From an uncultured Acidimicrobiales bacterium (lineage in GTDB: Bacteria > Actinomycetota > Acidimicrobiia > Acidimicrobiales > UBA10347), in contig CALSSD010000009.1 in assembly GCA_943788915.1 (NCBI GenBank), forward strand, positions 62,001-126,000: DNA of 64,000 bases. The letters are read 5' to 3'. Under the pieces are notes generated by a model. It searched no databases, was not told where the DNA came from, and saw nothing but the letters and a program-made list of their open reading frames with translations. Below, piece by piece: positions 27,039-36,952 of this stretch. Made by a program: the position numbers and the translations under genes. Position 1 is the first letter of the stretch. Every line of letters begins with the position of its first letter.

Positions 27039-28094
27039 GTGCGCTATCTGTTGGTCATCAACACTGCGGGAAACGTGATGCTCGCCGACGTCGGCAACGA
27101 CATCCGAATGCCAATCGGCGCGCCGCTCGCTGCAAATCAGAGGTCACGCGTGTCGACAGCCGTGTGGTCGGCGCAGGGTCGGTGGACAGCCTGGTCGGTT
27201 GACTCCACCGACCTCGACGGTGTTCGCGAGGTGCGGATGCACGACGAGGAGTCTGACCGGGCGAGCGTGCTCGTGCAGTCGGTGAGCGCCTTCTACCTTT
27301 GCCCCAGTCCGTGTGGCCGATGGTTAAGCCACCTCTCCCTGGGCCCGCTCGGACTCGAACTGGCTGTCTCCAACGTGACCACCGGCGAAATCCACATCGT
27401 CGAGCGAGGCCAGCCACTGTTCTGGTCGTGGTCACCCGATGCCACCCAGCTCGCCGTTCATGTCGAGAACCGGGTACTTATCTCCGACAGCGCCGGGAGG
27501 TCGACGCGTGTGCTCACCGACGACGCAGGCCCCTTCGTCACCCCGTGGTGGCTTCCCGGCGGTTCGGTCGTGTACGCCGTCGGTGACCGGATCGTGGCAG
27601 CTGGTCCCGACGATGCCGTCACCACACTCGTCGCACGCGGTTCATCAGGGCGGTTCTCGCTCGACCCCGAAGGCCAGCGTTTGGCGTACATCGCCAGTAC
27701 TGGCAGTGACGGAACGCTCGTAGTACTCGACCTGCTTTCACTCGCTCCAACCGAGGTGACCTCGGCACCGGTTGTGGCGTTCTTCTGGTCACCGGACGGA
27801 CGTCGCCTTGCTGCCCTAACGGCGACCGGTGACGGACTCGTTCAATGGCTCATAGTCGACGGATCCGACACGCTACGCCTGCCACCTTTTCGGCCGACTC
27901 GCAGTTGGGCCGGGTCGGTACTGTCGTTCTTTGAACAGTACGCGCAGAGCCACAACGTCTGGTCGAGCGACGCAACCGCTCTGGTAGCGTCGGCCATCGA
28001 TGACGAGGGCCACTCCGGAGCGCTGGTGCACACCATCGACTCCCCTGATAACACCCAATGGATACCCGATGCCGAACTCGTTTGGTGGGCGTGA
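27039..28094 (+). CDS. TolB/PD40-like beta-propeller protein
   Basis: Repeated WS/SPDG blade motifs (WSAQGRW, WSWSPDA, FFWSPDGRRLA) and FFEQYAQSH..WS. Confidence 0.6.
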   Translation: MRYLLVINTAGNVMLADVGNDIRMPIGAPLAANQRSRVSTAVWSAQGRWTAWSVDSTDLDGVREVRMHDEESDRASVLVQSVSAFYLCPSPCGRWLSHLSLGPLGLELAVSNVTTGEIHIVERGQPLFWSWSPDATQLAVHVENRVLISDSAGRSTRVLTDDAGPFVTPWWLPGGSVVYAVGDRIVAAGPDDAVTTLVARGSSGRFSLDPEGQRLAYIASTGSDGTLVVLDLLSLAPTEVTSAPVVAFFWSPDGRRLAALTATGDGLVQWLIVDGSDTLRLPPFRPTRSWAGSVLSFFEQYAQSHNVWSSDATALVASAIDDEGHSGALVHTIDSPDNTQWIPDAELVWWA

Positions 28095-28228
28095 TCACCA
28101 CACTGTGGGGACCCACCATTTGCTGCGTTGAGCGATGCGGCACGCCAGTAACTGGCGTCCCGTTCACATCACGGTGTCCGAGCAACCGGACGATGAACGC
28201 CACCTATGGGCCCCGCTAACGTTACGCC

Positions 28229-29602
28229 ATGGATCTTGTGATCAAAGGCGGCACGGTCGCCATCGATGGTGGACCAATCATGACCGATGTCGGCGTGGCC
28301 GATGGCCGCATCGTTCAGCTCGGCGGTGTCATGTCGGCCGATGTCGAGATCGACGCCCGGGACAAGTTCGTGCTTCCCGGTGGCATTGACCCGCACGTGC
28401 ACCTGACGCCGCCGGTAACCGGGCCCGGTGTCGACAGCTGGGCCGACGACTTCGAGGTTGGGACCCGGGCTGCACTCGCTGGCGGCGTCACTACCGTCGG
28501 CAACATGTCCTTTGCCCGCAAGGGTGAACAGATGATCGCGGGCATGGAACGTGATATGGCCGACGCCGCTGCCAACAGCATCGCCGACTACTTCCAGCAC
28601 CCTGTTCTGCTCAACCCCGACAAAACCGGCATTGATCAGATCGCCGAGCTCACCGCAATGGGTCACCCCAGCGTCAAGATCTTCCTATCGTTCAGACGTT
28701 TCGATCGCGACGTGTCTGGGTTCCTCCGAGCGATGTCGCAGGCCGCCGATGTTGGATCCGTCGTTCTCCTACACTGCGAGGACGCCGCCATCATGGGCTG
28801 CTGCGCTGACCGTCTACAGGATCAAGGCCTGACCGAGCACCGGCACTACCCTGAGACCCGCCCGGTCGAGGCCGAGCGCATCGCCACCGAGCGGGCCGTC
28901 GGATACTGCGAGACCACCGGTGCCGCCAGCTACATCGTGCACCTGTCGAGTCAAGCTGCCCTGCAAGCCTGCCGGACGGCACGAGCCCGCGGCCTGCCTC
29001 TCTATGTCGAGACCCGACCGATATACCTGCACCTCGAACGGTCGCGCTTTGACGAACCCGACGGCGCCAAGTACGCCGGAGCCCCGCCTCTGCGCGACGA
29101 CGCCGACCGCGACGCGCTCTGGGCCGGGATTGCCGACGGCACCGTTAGCACCGTTGCCACTGACCATGCTCCGTGGACGCTCGAACAGAAGCTCGACTCG
29201 ACCCTCGGCCCACACCAGCTTCGCCAAGGGATGGCTGAGCTGGAGACGATCATGCCGATGCTGTGGTCGCTTGGCGTCGCGACCGGTCGAATGTCGCTCG
29301 GCCGCTTCGTCGAGATGACCAGCAGTAACGCGGCCAAGCTCTTCGGGATGTATCCCCAGAAGGGCTGTATCGCTCCCGGGTCCGACGCCGACTTGGTGAT
29401 CTGGGACCCGACCGAATCCCGCATCATCGACGGAGCGACCATGCACTCCAAGGCTGGCTACTCGCCCTATGACGGCTGGGAGGTCACCGGCTGGCCGACC
29501 CACACCATCAGCCGGGGCGAGATCGTGGCCGAGGGATCGCTGGTTATTGGACAACCAGGCCGCGGCCTGGCCGTTCCCCGTCAGCCCTTCGACCGCCCGT
29601 AG
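28229..29602 (+). CDS. Dihydropyrimidinase/hydantoinase-type cyclic amidohydrolase
   Basis: LPGGIDPHVH, AALAGGVTT, Lys in SVKIF, HCED, HLSS, ATDHAP and KG.IAPGSDADLVIWDP. Confidence 0.9.
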   Translation: MDLVIKGGTVAIDGGPIMTDVGVADGRIVQLGGVMSADVEIDARDKFVLPGGIDPHVHLTPPVTGPGVDSWADDFEVGTRAALAGGVTTVGNMSFARKGEQMIAGMERDMADAAANSIADYFQHPVLLNPDKTGIDQIAELTAMGHPSVKIFLSFRRFDRDVSGFLRAMSQAADVGSVVLLHCEDAAIMGCCADRLQDQGLTEHRHYPETRPVEAERIATERAVGYCETTGAASYIVHLSSQAALQACRTARARGLPLYVETRPIYLHLERSRFDEPDGAKYAGAPPLRDDADRDALWAGIADGTVSTVATDHAPWTLEQKLDSTLGPHQLRQGMAELETIMPMLWSLGVATGRMSLGRFVEMTSSNAAKLFGMYPQKGCIAPGSDADLVIWDPTESRIIDGATMHSKAGYSPYDGWEVTGWPTHTISRGEIVAEGSLVIGQPGRGLAVPRQPFDRP

Positions 29603-29663
29603 CCGGGTGCGGAACCTGTAGCAGGAATGGCTGCGGGAGCAATCGGCCGACAATGATGAATCA

Positions 29664-30887
29664 GTGAACGAGCTCGAAGCGAACCTGACAGCGCTGGCGG
29701 AACGGGAGTCCGTGGTACGGGCCTGGGTGCACCGGCACCCAGACGAGGAACTCCGACAGGCAGCCCGTGCGCTGCCCGATGGGCCGCTCCACGGCTGGAC
29801 GCTGGGGGTGAAGGACGTGATCGACACCTTCGACCTGCCCACCGAACGTGGCTCGCCAATCTACGCCGGACGCCAAACCGTCAACGATGCTGCCTGCGTC
29901 GCCCTCGCCCGCCGGGCTGGGGCTCTGGTAATCGGCAAGACCGTGACCACCGAGTTCGCCCTGTTCACGGCGAACGTCACGACCAGCCCGCACGATCCAA
30001 CACGTTCGCCCGGCGGCTCGTCGAGTGGCTCAGCCGCTGCGGTGGCTGCGGGCATGACCCGAGCCGCCTTTGGCACACAGACCGTGGGCTCGGTGATCCG
30101 GCCAGCGGCGTTCTGCGGTGTTGTCGGCTTCAAGTGCACCCATCAAGCCGTCCCTATGACGGGGATAGCCACATTGGCGCATTCGCTCGACACGCTTGGT
30201 TGGTTCACCCGCTCGGTCGACGACGCTGCGACTCTCTATCGGGCGCTCAGCGGCGCCGAAGCCCCATCGCCAGACGAACGGCGCCGACGTTTCGGTCTCT
30301 ATCGAGCGCACCAATGGCCAAGTGCCCAGCCGGAGCAGAAACAGGTGCTCGAGACCGCCGCATCGGCGTTGGATGCGGCCGGGGCACAGGTGATCGAGAT
30401 CGATCCTCTCCCCCACCTGCAGGATATGTTCTCGGCCAGCGAGACGATCATGGCCTACGAGTCGAGCCGGGTGTTCGCGTGGGAACGCGAGCATCACGCC
30501 GACCTCCTCGACCGCAGGATTCACAAGCTGCTCACGAACGGTGACCGGGTCACCGCTGCGGCCTACGGCGACGCCAAACGGGCCGTAGCAGCTGCTGCCG
30601 AGACCCACGACCGGTGGCTGATCGCCAACGAGGTCGATGCCCTCGTTACCCCGTCAGCACCTGGTGAGGCGCCATTGTTGGCCACCACCGGCGACTCGGT
30701 CTTCAACCGCGTATGGACGCTGCTCGGCGGACCGGCCGCTCACCTGCCAACTGGCCGAGGCCCACTGGGACTTCCGGTCGGGGTCCAACTCACCGGGCGG
30801 CGCTGGGACGATCTTGACCTACTCGCGACAGCCCAATTTGCCGAGACCGCCTTGGCAGACCCAGAACGTGACAGGAGCACACGATGA
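29664..30887 (+). CDS. Amidase-signature family amidase
   Basis: GVKD, GKTVTTEFA, PGGSSSGSAAAVA and GTQTVGSVIRPA. Confidence 0.92.
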   Translation: MNELEANLTALAERESVVRAWVHRHPDEELRQAARALPDGPLHGWTLGVKDVIDTFDLPTERGSPIYAGRQTVNDAACVALARRAGALVIGKTVTTEFALFTANVTTSPHDPTRSPGGSSSGSAAAVAAGMTRAAFGTQTVGSVIRPAAFCGVVGFKCTHQAVPMTGIATLAHSLDTLGWFTRSVDDAATLYRALSGAEAPSPDERRRRFGLYRAHQWPSAQPEQKQVLETAASALDAAGAQVIEIDPLPHLQDMFSASETIMAYESSRVFAWEREHHADLLDRRIHKLLTNGDRVTAAAYGDAKRAVAAAAETHDRWLIANEVDALVTPSAPGEAPLLATTGDSVFNRVWTLLGGPAAHLPTGRGPLGLPVGVQLTGRRWDDLDLLATAQFAETALADPERDRSTR

Positions 30888-32074
30888 GTAACGCACCACT
30901 CGCCGGACTACGAGTGCTCGATGTGTCGAGCGTCCTGTCGGGCCCGATGGCAGCGATGCTGCTGGCCGACCTGGGTGCCGAGGTGATCAAGGTGGAGAAC
31001 CCAGCTGCGCCCGACTTCACCCGCAGCACCGGCAACCGTCGGGGCGGCATGACCGGCTACTTCTACAACCTGAACAAAGGAAAACGGTCGCTCGCCATCG
31101 ACGGCCGCCAACCCGCAGGGCAGGACATTCTCCGAGCACTCGCAGACCAGTCCGATGTTCTCATTCAGAACATGCGGCCAGGCAAGGCGGCCGGAATCGG
31201 GCTCGACCCCAACGAGTGTCTGGCCCGTAACCCGTCGCTGATCTACGCCAGCATCTCCGGCTACGGCTCTACTGGACCATCGTCGGGCGAACCCGTCTAT
31301 GACTACGTAATCCAGGCCGTATCGGGCATGGTCGATCTGCAGCGCGACCCGGCGACCGGCAAGGCAGATCTCACCCGCCACTTCCCCGCCGACAAGGTCA
31401 CATCACACGCCACAGTCGAGGCCATCCTTGCCGCGTTGTTTGCCCGCGAACGCGACCCGCAACGACAGGGTCAGCACGTCGAGATCAGCATGCACGAGGC
31501 CAACCTCGCCTTCTTCTGGCCCGACGGAATGATGCAACACACCGTCGTCGGACAACCCGACGGCAACGACTTCTACCCCGGCGAGTACTACCGCGTCTAC
31601 CCCACCACCGACGGCGATGTCGTCCTGATGCCGCTGATGGGCCCACTCGACGGACTGTGCCGCGCCGTCGGGCATCCCGAATGGGTCGCCGCATGGCCCC
31701 AGGACATCTCCACTGGTGACCTGCACACATTCCAGGACATGCTGGCGGAAGCGATCGCCACCATGAGCACGGCCGAGGCGCTGGCCACCTTCGCTGCACA
31801 CGATGTGCCGGCCGGACCAGTGGTTGCACTCGACGAGGTCCACGCTCATCCCCAGGCCATCAACCGTGAGTCGATCCTCGAACACGACGTGGAACCAATC
31901 GGCCGAGTGAGAACGTCGCGCCCCGCTTGGCGGTTCGAAAGCACCCCCGAGGTCACCCACAAAGAAGCGCCCACGCTGGGTCAGCACACCACAGAGATCC
32001 TCACCGAGCTTGGCTACGACGAGACCGCTATCGCCGCCCTGCGGCAAGCAGCCGTCGTGGTCGCCCCCCGATGA
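30884..32074 (+). CDS. Family III CoA-transferase
   Basis: LAGLRVLD..SGP..LADLGAEVIKVE, NKGKRS, YDYVIQAVSG and APTLGQHT. Confidence 0.9.
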   Translation: MSNAPLAGLRVLDVSSVLSGPMAAMLLADLGAEVIKVENPAAPDFTRSTGNRRGGMTGYFYNLNKGKRSLAIDGRQPAGQDILRALADQSDVLIQNMRPGKAAGIGLDPNECLARNPSLIYASISGYGSTGPSSGEPVYDYVIQAVSGMVDLQRDPATGKADLTRHFPADKVTSHATVEAILAALFARERDPQRQGQHVEISMHEANLAFFWPDGMMQHTVVGQPDGNDFYPGEYYRVYPTTDGDVVLMPLMGPLDGLCRAVGHPEWVAAWPQDISTGDLHTFQDMLAEAIATMSTAEALATFAAHDVPAGPVVALDEVHAHPQAINRESILEHDVEPIGRVRTSRPAWRFESTPEVTHKEAPTLGQHTTEILTELGYDETAIAALRQAAVVVAPR

Positions 32075-32117
32075 CATCGTCGCCGAAGGTTAGTGTTGGC
32101 AGGATGAGTGGAATTCG

Positions 32118-33233
32118 ATGAAGGTTGCCGAGCAAACAGCAGCACCGGGGCGGGTTCTGATCGCCGGCGTGTCAGGGGTTGTTGGATTTGCGGCCTCACA
32201 TCGGTTCGCATCCCAAGGATGGGATGTGCTCGGCCTTTCCCGTCGTCGACCCGCCCGCCTGCCAGATGCTGTCCAACACCTGGCCGTCGACCTGGCCGAG
32301 CCATCATCGATTGCTGCGGTTCAAGAACAGCTCGCCGGAGTGACGCACCTGGTCTATGCAGCCCTGTTCGAAAAGCCAGGGTTGATGCCCGGTTGGCGAG
32401 AGCAAGACCAGATGGAGCGCAATATCACCATGTTGTCCAACCTCTACCGGTCACTCGCCGAGGATGGCGGACTCAAGCACATCTCCCTGTTGCAGGGAAC
32501 CAAGGCCTATGGCGCCCACATCGAACCTATGACGGTGCCAGGACGTGAACGTAACCCTCGCCACCAGCACGAGAACTTCTACTGGCTCCAAGAGGACTTC
32601 CTTCGCGACCGCCAATCTGTTGCTGACTTCGCACTGACGATCTTGCGTCCTCAAGTCATCTATGGCGAAGCGCAAGGCGGCAACATGAACGCGCTCCCCG
32701 CCCTCGGGGTCTACGCCGCGCTGCTCCGTGCCCAGGGCCGTGATCTTGAGTTCCCAGGTGGTGTCGCTCCGGTCAGCGAAGCTGTCGATGCCGATCTGCT
32801 GGCGCGGATGCTCGAATGGGCAGCGACGAGCCCTGCCGCAGCTAACGAGACGTTCAACGTGACCAATGGCGACGTGTACTGCTTGCAGAATGTCTGGCCA
32901 GTGCTGGCCGAGAGTTTCGGAATGCAAGTAGGCGACGCAGTGCCGATGTCACTGGCAGCCGAGATGCCCGGCCGCGAGCCCGAATGGAACAAACTGGTGG
33001 ACCGGTTCGACCTACAGGCGCCAACCTCACTCAACACCTTTGTCGGCCAGTCATTCATCTACGCCGACATGCTCCTCGGCCACGGCCAGACCACAGCGCG
33101 GTCGCCCTCATTGGTTTCAACGATCAAGGCGCGTCACGCCGGCTTCACCGACTGCGTCGATACCGAGGACATGTTCGCTCGGCTGATCGCTAACCTCCAG
33201 GCGGCACGGCTCCTCCCGCCCCGCAGTTGGTGA
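32118..33233 (+). CDS. PRISE-type (progesterone 5-beta-reductase/iridoid synthase-like) SDR
   Basis: GVSGVVG, GLSRR, QGTKAYG, NFYWLQED and FNVTNGD. Confidence 0.8.
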   Translation: MKVAEQTAAPGRVLIAGVSGVVGFAASHRFASQGWDVLGLSRRRPARLPDAVQHLAVDLAEPSSIAAVQEQLAGVTHLVYAALFEKPGLMPGWREQDQMERNITMLSNLYRSLAEDGGLKHISLLQGTKAYGAHIEPMTVPGRERNPRHQHENFYWLQEDFLRDRQSVADFALTILRPQVIYGEAQGGNMNALPALGVYAALLRAQGRDLEFPGGVAPVSEAVDADLLARMLEWAATSPAAANETFNVTNGDVYCLQNVWPVLAESFGMQVGDAVPMSLAAEMPGREPEWNKLVDRFDLQAPTSLNTFVGQSFIYADMLLGHGQTTARSPSLVSTIKARHAGFTDCVDTEDMFARLIANLQAARLLPPRSW

Positions 33234-33267
33234 CACGAACTTCGGCTCCTCTTAGGGTGCAGGGGTC

Positions 33268-34233
33268 TTAGGGCGCAGAGGCCTCTGCTTGCTCGCCGGT
33301 CACTTTCGCGTAGTTGCGGTTCAGGAACCACCGCTGGTAGTCGCCGTAGGTGATAGGCCGCTGGCGAGGCGGGTTCTCCTCGCTCACGCAGGTAGGCAGA
33401 GCCTCAATGAGTGCATCGTCTCGGGCCCCGAAGAAGAACGGCATTGCGTATCGATCAACGTTCGCTTGATTACGCACTCGGTGCGCAGTTGAGCGGAAGC
33501 GCTGGTTTGTCCACCGCTTCAGCATGTCTCCGCTGTTCACCAGAAAGGACGAAGGGAGTTGCGGTGGCACAATCCACTCGTGCCCGGCAGGTCGGATTTC
33601 CAGACCTGGCACCTCGTTGTACGGCAAGAACGTGAAGATTGTCGAATCGGTATGGGGTGCGAGACCCCAGTCGTGCTCGCCGTACGCGACAACCGGGTAA
33701 TGCGAGAGCCGAAGCGTGCAGGATGGGTCATCGAAGTGAGACTCGAAGTAGTCATCACACAACTCCAAGGATGAGGCAAGGACCCGCACCATTCCACGAG
33801 CCAGGTCAACAAGTCGATCCATATAGTCCTCGACGAGCGGGCGGAACCCCTCGAGTTCTGGCCACCTATTCCCCGACCGGTAACCGCCCCGATGGGCGAA
33901 GAACGCTGCGTTCAGGTTGGGCGTGCGAACCTTTCCGGCGATTTCGGACGCGTAGGAAGTTCCAGCCGCATAGGTGAGATACCCACCATGATCAGCATCC
34001 ATGATGATCGAGTTAAGTTGCTCGGCCGGCAATGCATGAAGAACACGAGCGTTGTCGTAGACCCGCTCGACAAGTTCCCACGCAATCCCATGATTGGTGA
34101 TGAAGAAGAAGCCAACGTCCTCGAGCGCTCGCTTGAGTTCACGCCCAAGTTGCTCGACAGCGCCTGGCTCATCAGAGCGCAGCATGCTGAGGTCGAGTGC
34201 CGGAATGAGATCGGACGGAACGGTGGTCACCAT
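33268..34233 (-). CDS. 2-oxoglutarate/Fe(II) oxygenase, IPNS-like
   Basis: GFFFITNHGI, HTD, NSGDML..WTN..FRSTAHRV and RYAMPFF. The start is uncertain. Confidence 0.9.
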   Translation of the reverse strand: MVTTVPSDLIPALDLSMLRSDEPGAVEQLGRELKRALEDVGFFFITNHGIAWELVERVYDNARVLHALPAEQLNSIIMDADHGGYLTYAAGTSYASEIAGKVRTPNLNAAFFAHRGGYRSGNRWPELEGFRPLVEDYMDRLVDLARGMVRVLASSLELCDDYFESHFDDPSCTLRLSHYPVVAYGEHDWGLAPHTDSTIFTFLPYNEVPGLEIRPAGHEWIVPPQLPSSFLVNSGDMLKRWTNQRFRSTAHRVRNQANVDRYAMPFFFGARDDALIEALPTCVSEENPPRQRPITYGDYQRWFLNRNYAKVTGEQAEASAP

Positions 34234-34352
34234 GTCACAAGCCTGCCACATGGTCAGCTCCATCATGGGCGAATGGCTTTCAGAACGCAGTCTGTGAATC
34301 TGCCGTGGTTGGTCAAACCTTCACGGTCGGCGGCAACGTAACCTGTGGCCAT

Positions 34353-36647
34353 ATGAGCATTCTCGGAACCCGCGTCCTGCGCACTGAAGATCCTGATCTG
34401 CTGACCGCCGGTGGCGACTACGTCGACGACCTCATTCCCGAGGGAGCACTACAAGCCACCTTTGTCCGCTCGACCATGGCTCACGCCCTGATCACCGGCA
34501 TCGACACCAGCGAAGCCGAGGCGATGCCCGGCGTCTTCGCTGTGTTCACCGCCGAGTCGCTGGGACTCGAGGCGAAGCCGCCAGCCTTCCCTGCGCTGAA
34601 CGCCGACATGAAGCGGACGTGGCTGGCGTCGGACCGGGTGCGCTACGTCGGTGAGCCGATGGCCATTGTCGTTTCCGAGACCGCTGCCCAAGGTGTCGAC
34701 GCCGCCGAACTCGTGTTCATCGACTACGAACCGCTCCCAGCCGTCGTCGACATCCGTGGCGCCTTGACGACAGAGACCCTGCTCTTCCCGGCCGCAGGCA
34801 CCAACGTGGCCTTCGCCGCCGAGGGAACCGTCGATGATGACTACTGGGAGGGCTGCGAGGTGCGTGTGACCCTGAACTTCCGCAACCAGCGTCTGTCGGG
34901 AGCCCCGATCGAACCACGGTCATGCACCTCGGTGTGGAGCACCGGCGACGACGGCCGCGAGTTCCTGACTCAGTGGGCCACGACCCAGAACGCGCACGGG
35001 ACCAAGGGAGCGCTCGCCGGGGCTATGGGCCTGGCCGAGGATCAGGTACGCGTCATCTGTCCGCCTGATGTCGGCGGCGGCTTCGGCGCCAAGAACGGCG
35101 GTTACCCCGAGGACCTCACGGTAGCTGCGGCGGCCCGCAAGCTTGACCGCCCAGTGCACTGGATCGAAACGCGAACCGACTCCATGCTCGGTCTGGCCCA
35201 CGGTCGAGCATCGATCTTCGACTGCGAGATCGGTGGCACCCGCGACGGCAAGATCCTGGCGTTCGCGTGCCATCAGATCAAGGACGGCGGGGCTTACCCC
35301 GGCATCGGCTCTTTCCTGCCCTTCCTCACCCGCATGGTGTCGTCGAGCGTCTACGACATCCCCAAGGTGTCCTGGGGTCACGACTCGGTCGTCACGAACA
35401 CCGTGCCCACCGGCGCGTATCGCGGTGCCGGTCGGCCCGAGGCTGCCCACGCGATGGACCGGATGGTCGACCTGTTCGCCGACGAGATCGGCATGGACCC
35501 AGCGCAGCTCCGACGCATCAACTTCATCACACCCGAGCAGTTCCCCCACACCACCGCGGTGGGTACCAATATGGACTCGGGCGAATACGCCGCGGCGATG
35601 GACAAGGTCATGGCGTTCGCCGACTATCCGGCCTTGCTTGCCGAACAGGCCGCCCGCCGCGATGACCCGACCAAGCCACTCATGGGCCTCGGCTGGTGTG
35701 CCTACGTCGAGATCGCCAACCCGCTCATGAACGGCGAGTTCGGAAGCATCCGAGTGCAACCCGACGGCACCGCGATCGTGCTGACCGGTTCGTCGGCCCA
35801 CGGCCAGGGTCATCACACTGCCTTCGCTCAGGTCGCCAGCGACATCACTGGCATCGCGTTCGACAAGATCGAGGTGCGCCACGGCGACACCGCCGAGGTG
35901 CCCCGCGGCGGTGGGACCGGAGGCTCCAAGTCGCTGCAGGTCGGGGGCACGGCCGTGTATCAGGCCAGCGAGAACGTCATCGAGATTGCCAAATCCATCG
36001 CCGCCGACATGCTCGAAGCCAGCGCTGACGACATCGTGCTCGACGTCGAAACCGGCGCGTTCGCGGTGGCGGGTACACCCGCCATCGCCAAGTCGTGGGC
36101 CGAGGTCGCCAGCCACGTCGAGTCGACCGGCGCCACACTGAGCGCCGAGGCCGATTTCACGCCCGAAGGTGCGACCTTTCCGTTTGGGGTACACCTGTCG
36201 ATCGTCGACATCGACCGAGACACTGGCGAAGTCACGCCGCGGCGTCACATCTGCTGCGACGACGCCGGCACACTCGTCAACCCGATGATCGTCGACGGCC
36301 AAGTCCACGGCGGCATCGCCTCCGGTATCGCTCAGGCGATCATGGAAGAATTCGCCTACGACGACGACGGCAATCCGCTCACCGCCAACTTCATGGACTA
36401 TGCCATCGTTTCAGCCGCTGAGCTGCCGAGCTTCGAGCGCATCGAACAGGAAACTCCGACGTACCGCAACCCGCTCGGGGCCAAGGGCGTTGGCGAGTCC
36501 GGCACGATCGGAGCGACGCCATCGGTGCAAAACGCCGTCGTCGACGCACTCTCACACCTCGGCGTGCGCCATGTCGACATTCCCTGCACGCCCCAGCGCG
36601 TCTGGCGAGCAATGCACGACGCTCCGGGCTCGGCAACAAGCGCGTAG
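34353..36647 (+). CDS. Xanthine dehydrogenase-family molybdopterin-binding large subunit (CoxL form II-like)
   Basis: DVGGGFGAK, AYRGAGRPEA, HGQGHHT, GQVHGG and GAKGVGESG. Confidence 0.9.
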   Translation: MSILGTRVLRTEDPDLLTAGGDYVDDLIPEGALQATFVRSTMAHALITGIDTSEAEAMPGVFAVFTAESLGLEAKPPAFPALNADMKRTWLASDRVRYVGEPMAIVVSETAAQGVDAAELVFIDYEPLPAVVDIRGALTTETLLFPAAGTNVAFAAEGTVDDDYWEGCEVRVTLNFRNQRLSGAPIEPRSCTSVWSTGDDGREFLTQWATTQNAHGTKGALAGAMGLAEDQVRVICPPDVGGGFGAKNGGYPEDLTVAAAARKLDRPVHWIETRTDSMLGLAHGRASIFDCEIGGTRDGKILAFACHQIKDGGAYPGIGSFLPFLTRMVSSSVYDIPKVSWGHDSVVTNTVPTGAYRGAGRPEAAHAMDRMVDLFADEIGMDPAQLRRINFITPEQFPHTTAVGTNMDSGEYAAAMDKVMAFADYPALLAEQAARRDDPTKPLMGLGWCAYVEIANPLMNGEFGSIRVQPDGTAIVLTGSSAHGQGHHTAFAQVASDITGIAFDKIEVRHGDTAEVPRGGGTGGSKSLQVGGTAVYQASENVIEIAKSIAADMLEASADDIVLDVETGAFAVAGTPAIAKSWAEVASHVESTGATLSAEADFTPEGATFPFGVHLSIVDIDRDTGEVTPRRHICCDDAGTLVNPMIVDGQVHGGIASGIAQAIMEEFAYDDDGNPLTANFMDYAIVSAAELPSFERIEQETPTYRNPLGAKGVGESGTIGATPSVQNAVVDALSHLGVRHVDIPCTPQRVWRAMHDAPGSATSA

Positions 36648-36669
36648 CGGGCTTGATAAGGCAACGATC

Positions 36670-36806
36670 TTGAGCGCCGCCTCTCCGGCATCGATGGTAA
36701 GGGCGGCCAGCAGACGCCGCTGGCGAGGACCGCCGAGGTCAAGGCTCTGGCCGTCCTTCACGACCGAGGTCGGGCCCAACACCTGCACTATGGGTTGCGT
36801 CTTCAT
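36670..36806 (-). pseudogene. N-terminal remnant of an AfsR/SARP-type regulator
   Basis: MKTQPIVQVLGPTSVVKDGQSLDLGGPRQRRLLAALTIDAG resembles the SARP wHTH start. The similarity ends and the frame runs into the antisense of the Mo-enzyme gene. Confidence 0.6.
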
Positions 36807-36952
36807 GTGAATCAACCTGCCAAATCAACCGTCACAAGATCATGTCAGTCACATCGCGTGAGAAATGCAACCACGGAACGTGAGGCTCACTCGATGCGAC
36901 TTGCCGGCGGAGCGGTCCGGTGACGATATCGACCGGGAAATGGGGGCCACAG

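Noticed and set aside
34920..36308. Long antisense ORFs (also 56518..57819, 8234..9322 and 28814..29842)
   Set aside because: These are shadow frames of well-supported genes in high-GC DNA, with no recognisable motifs.
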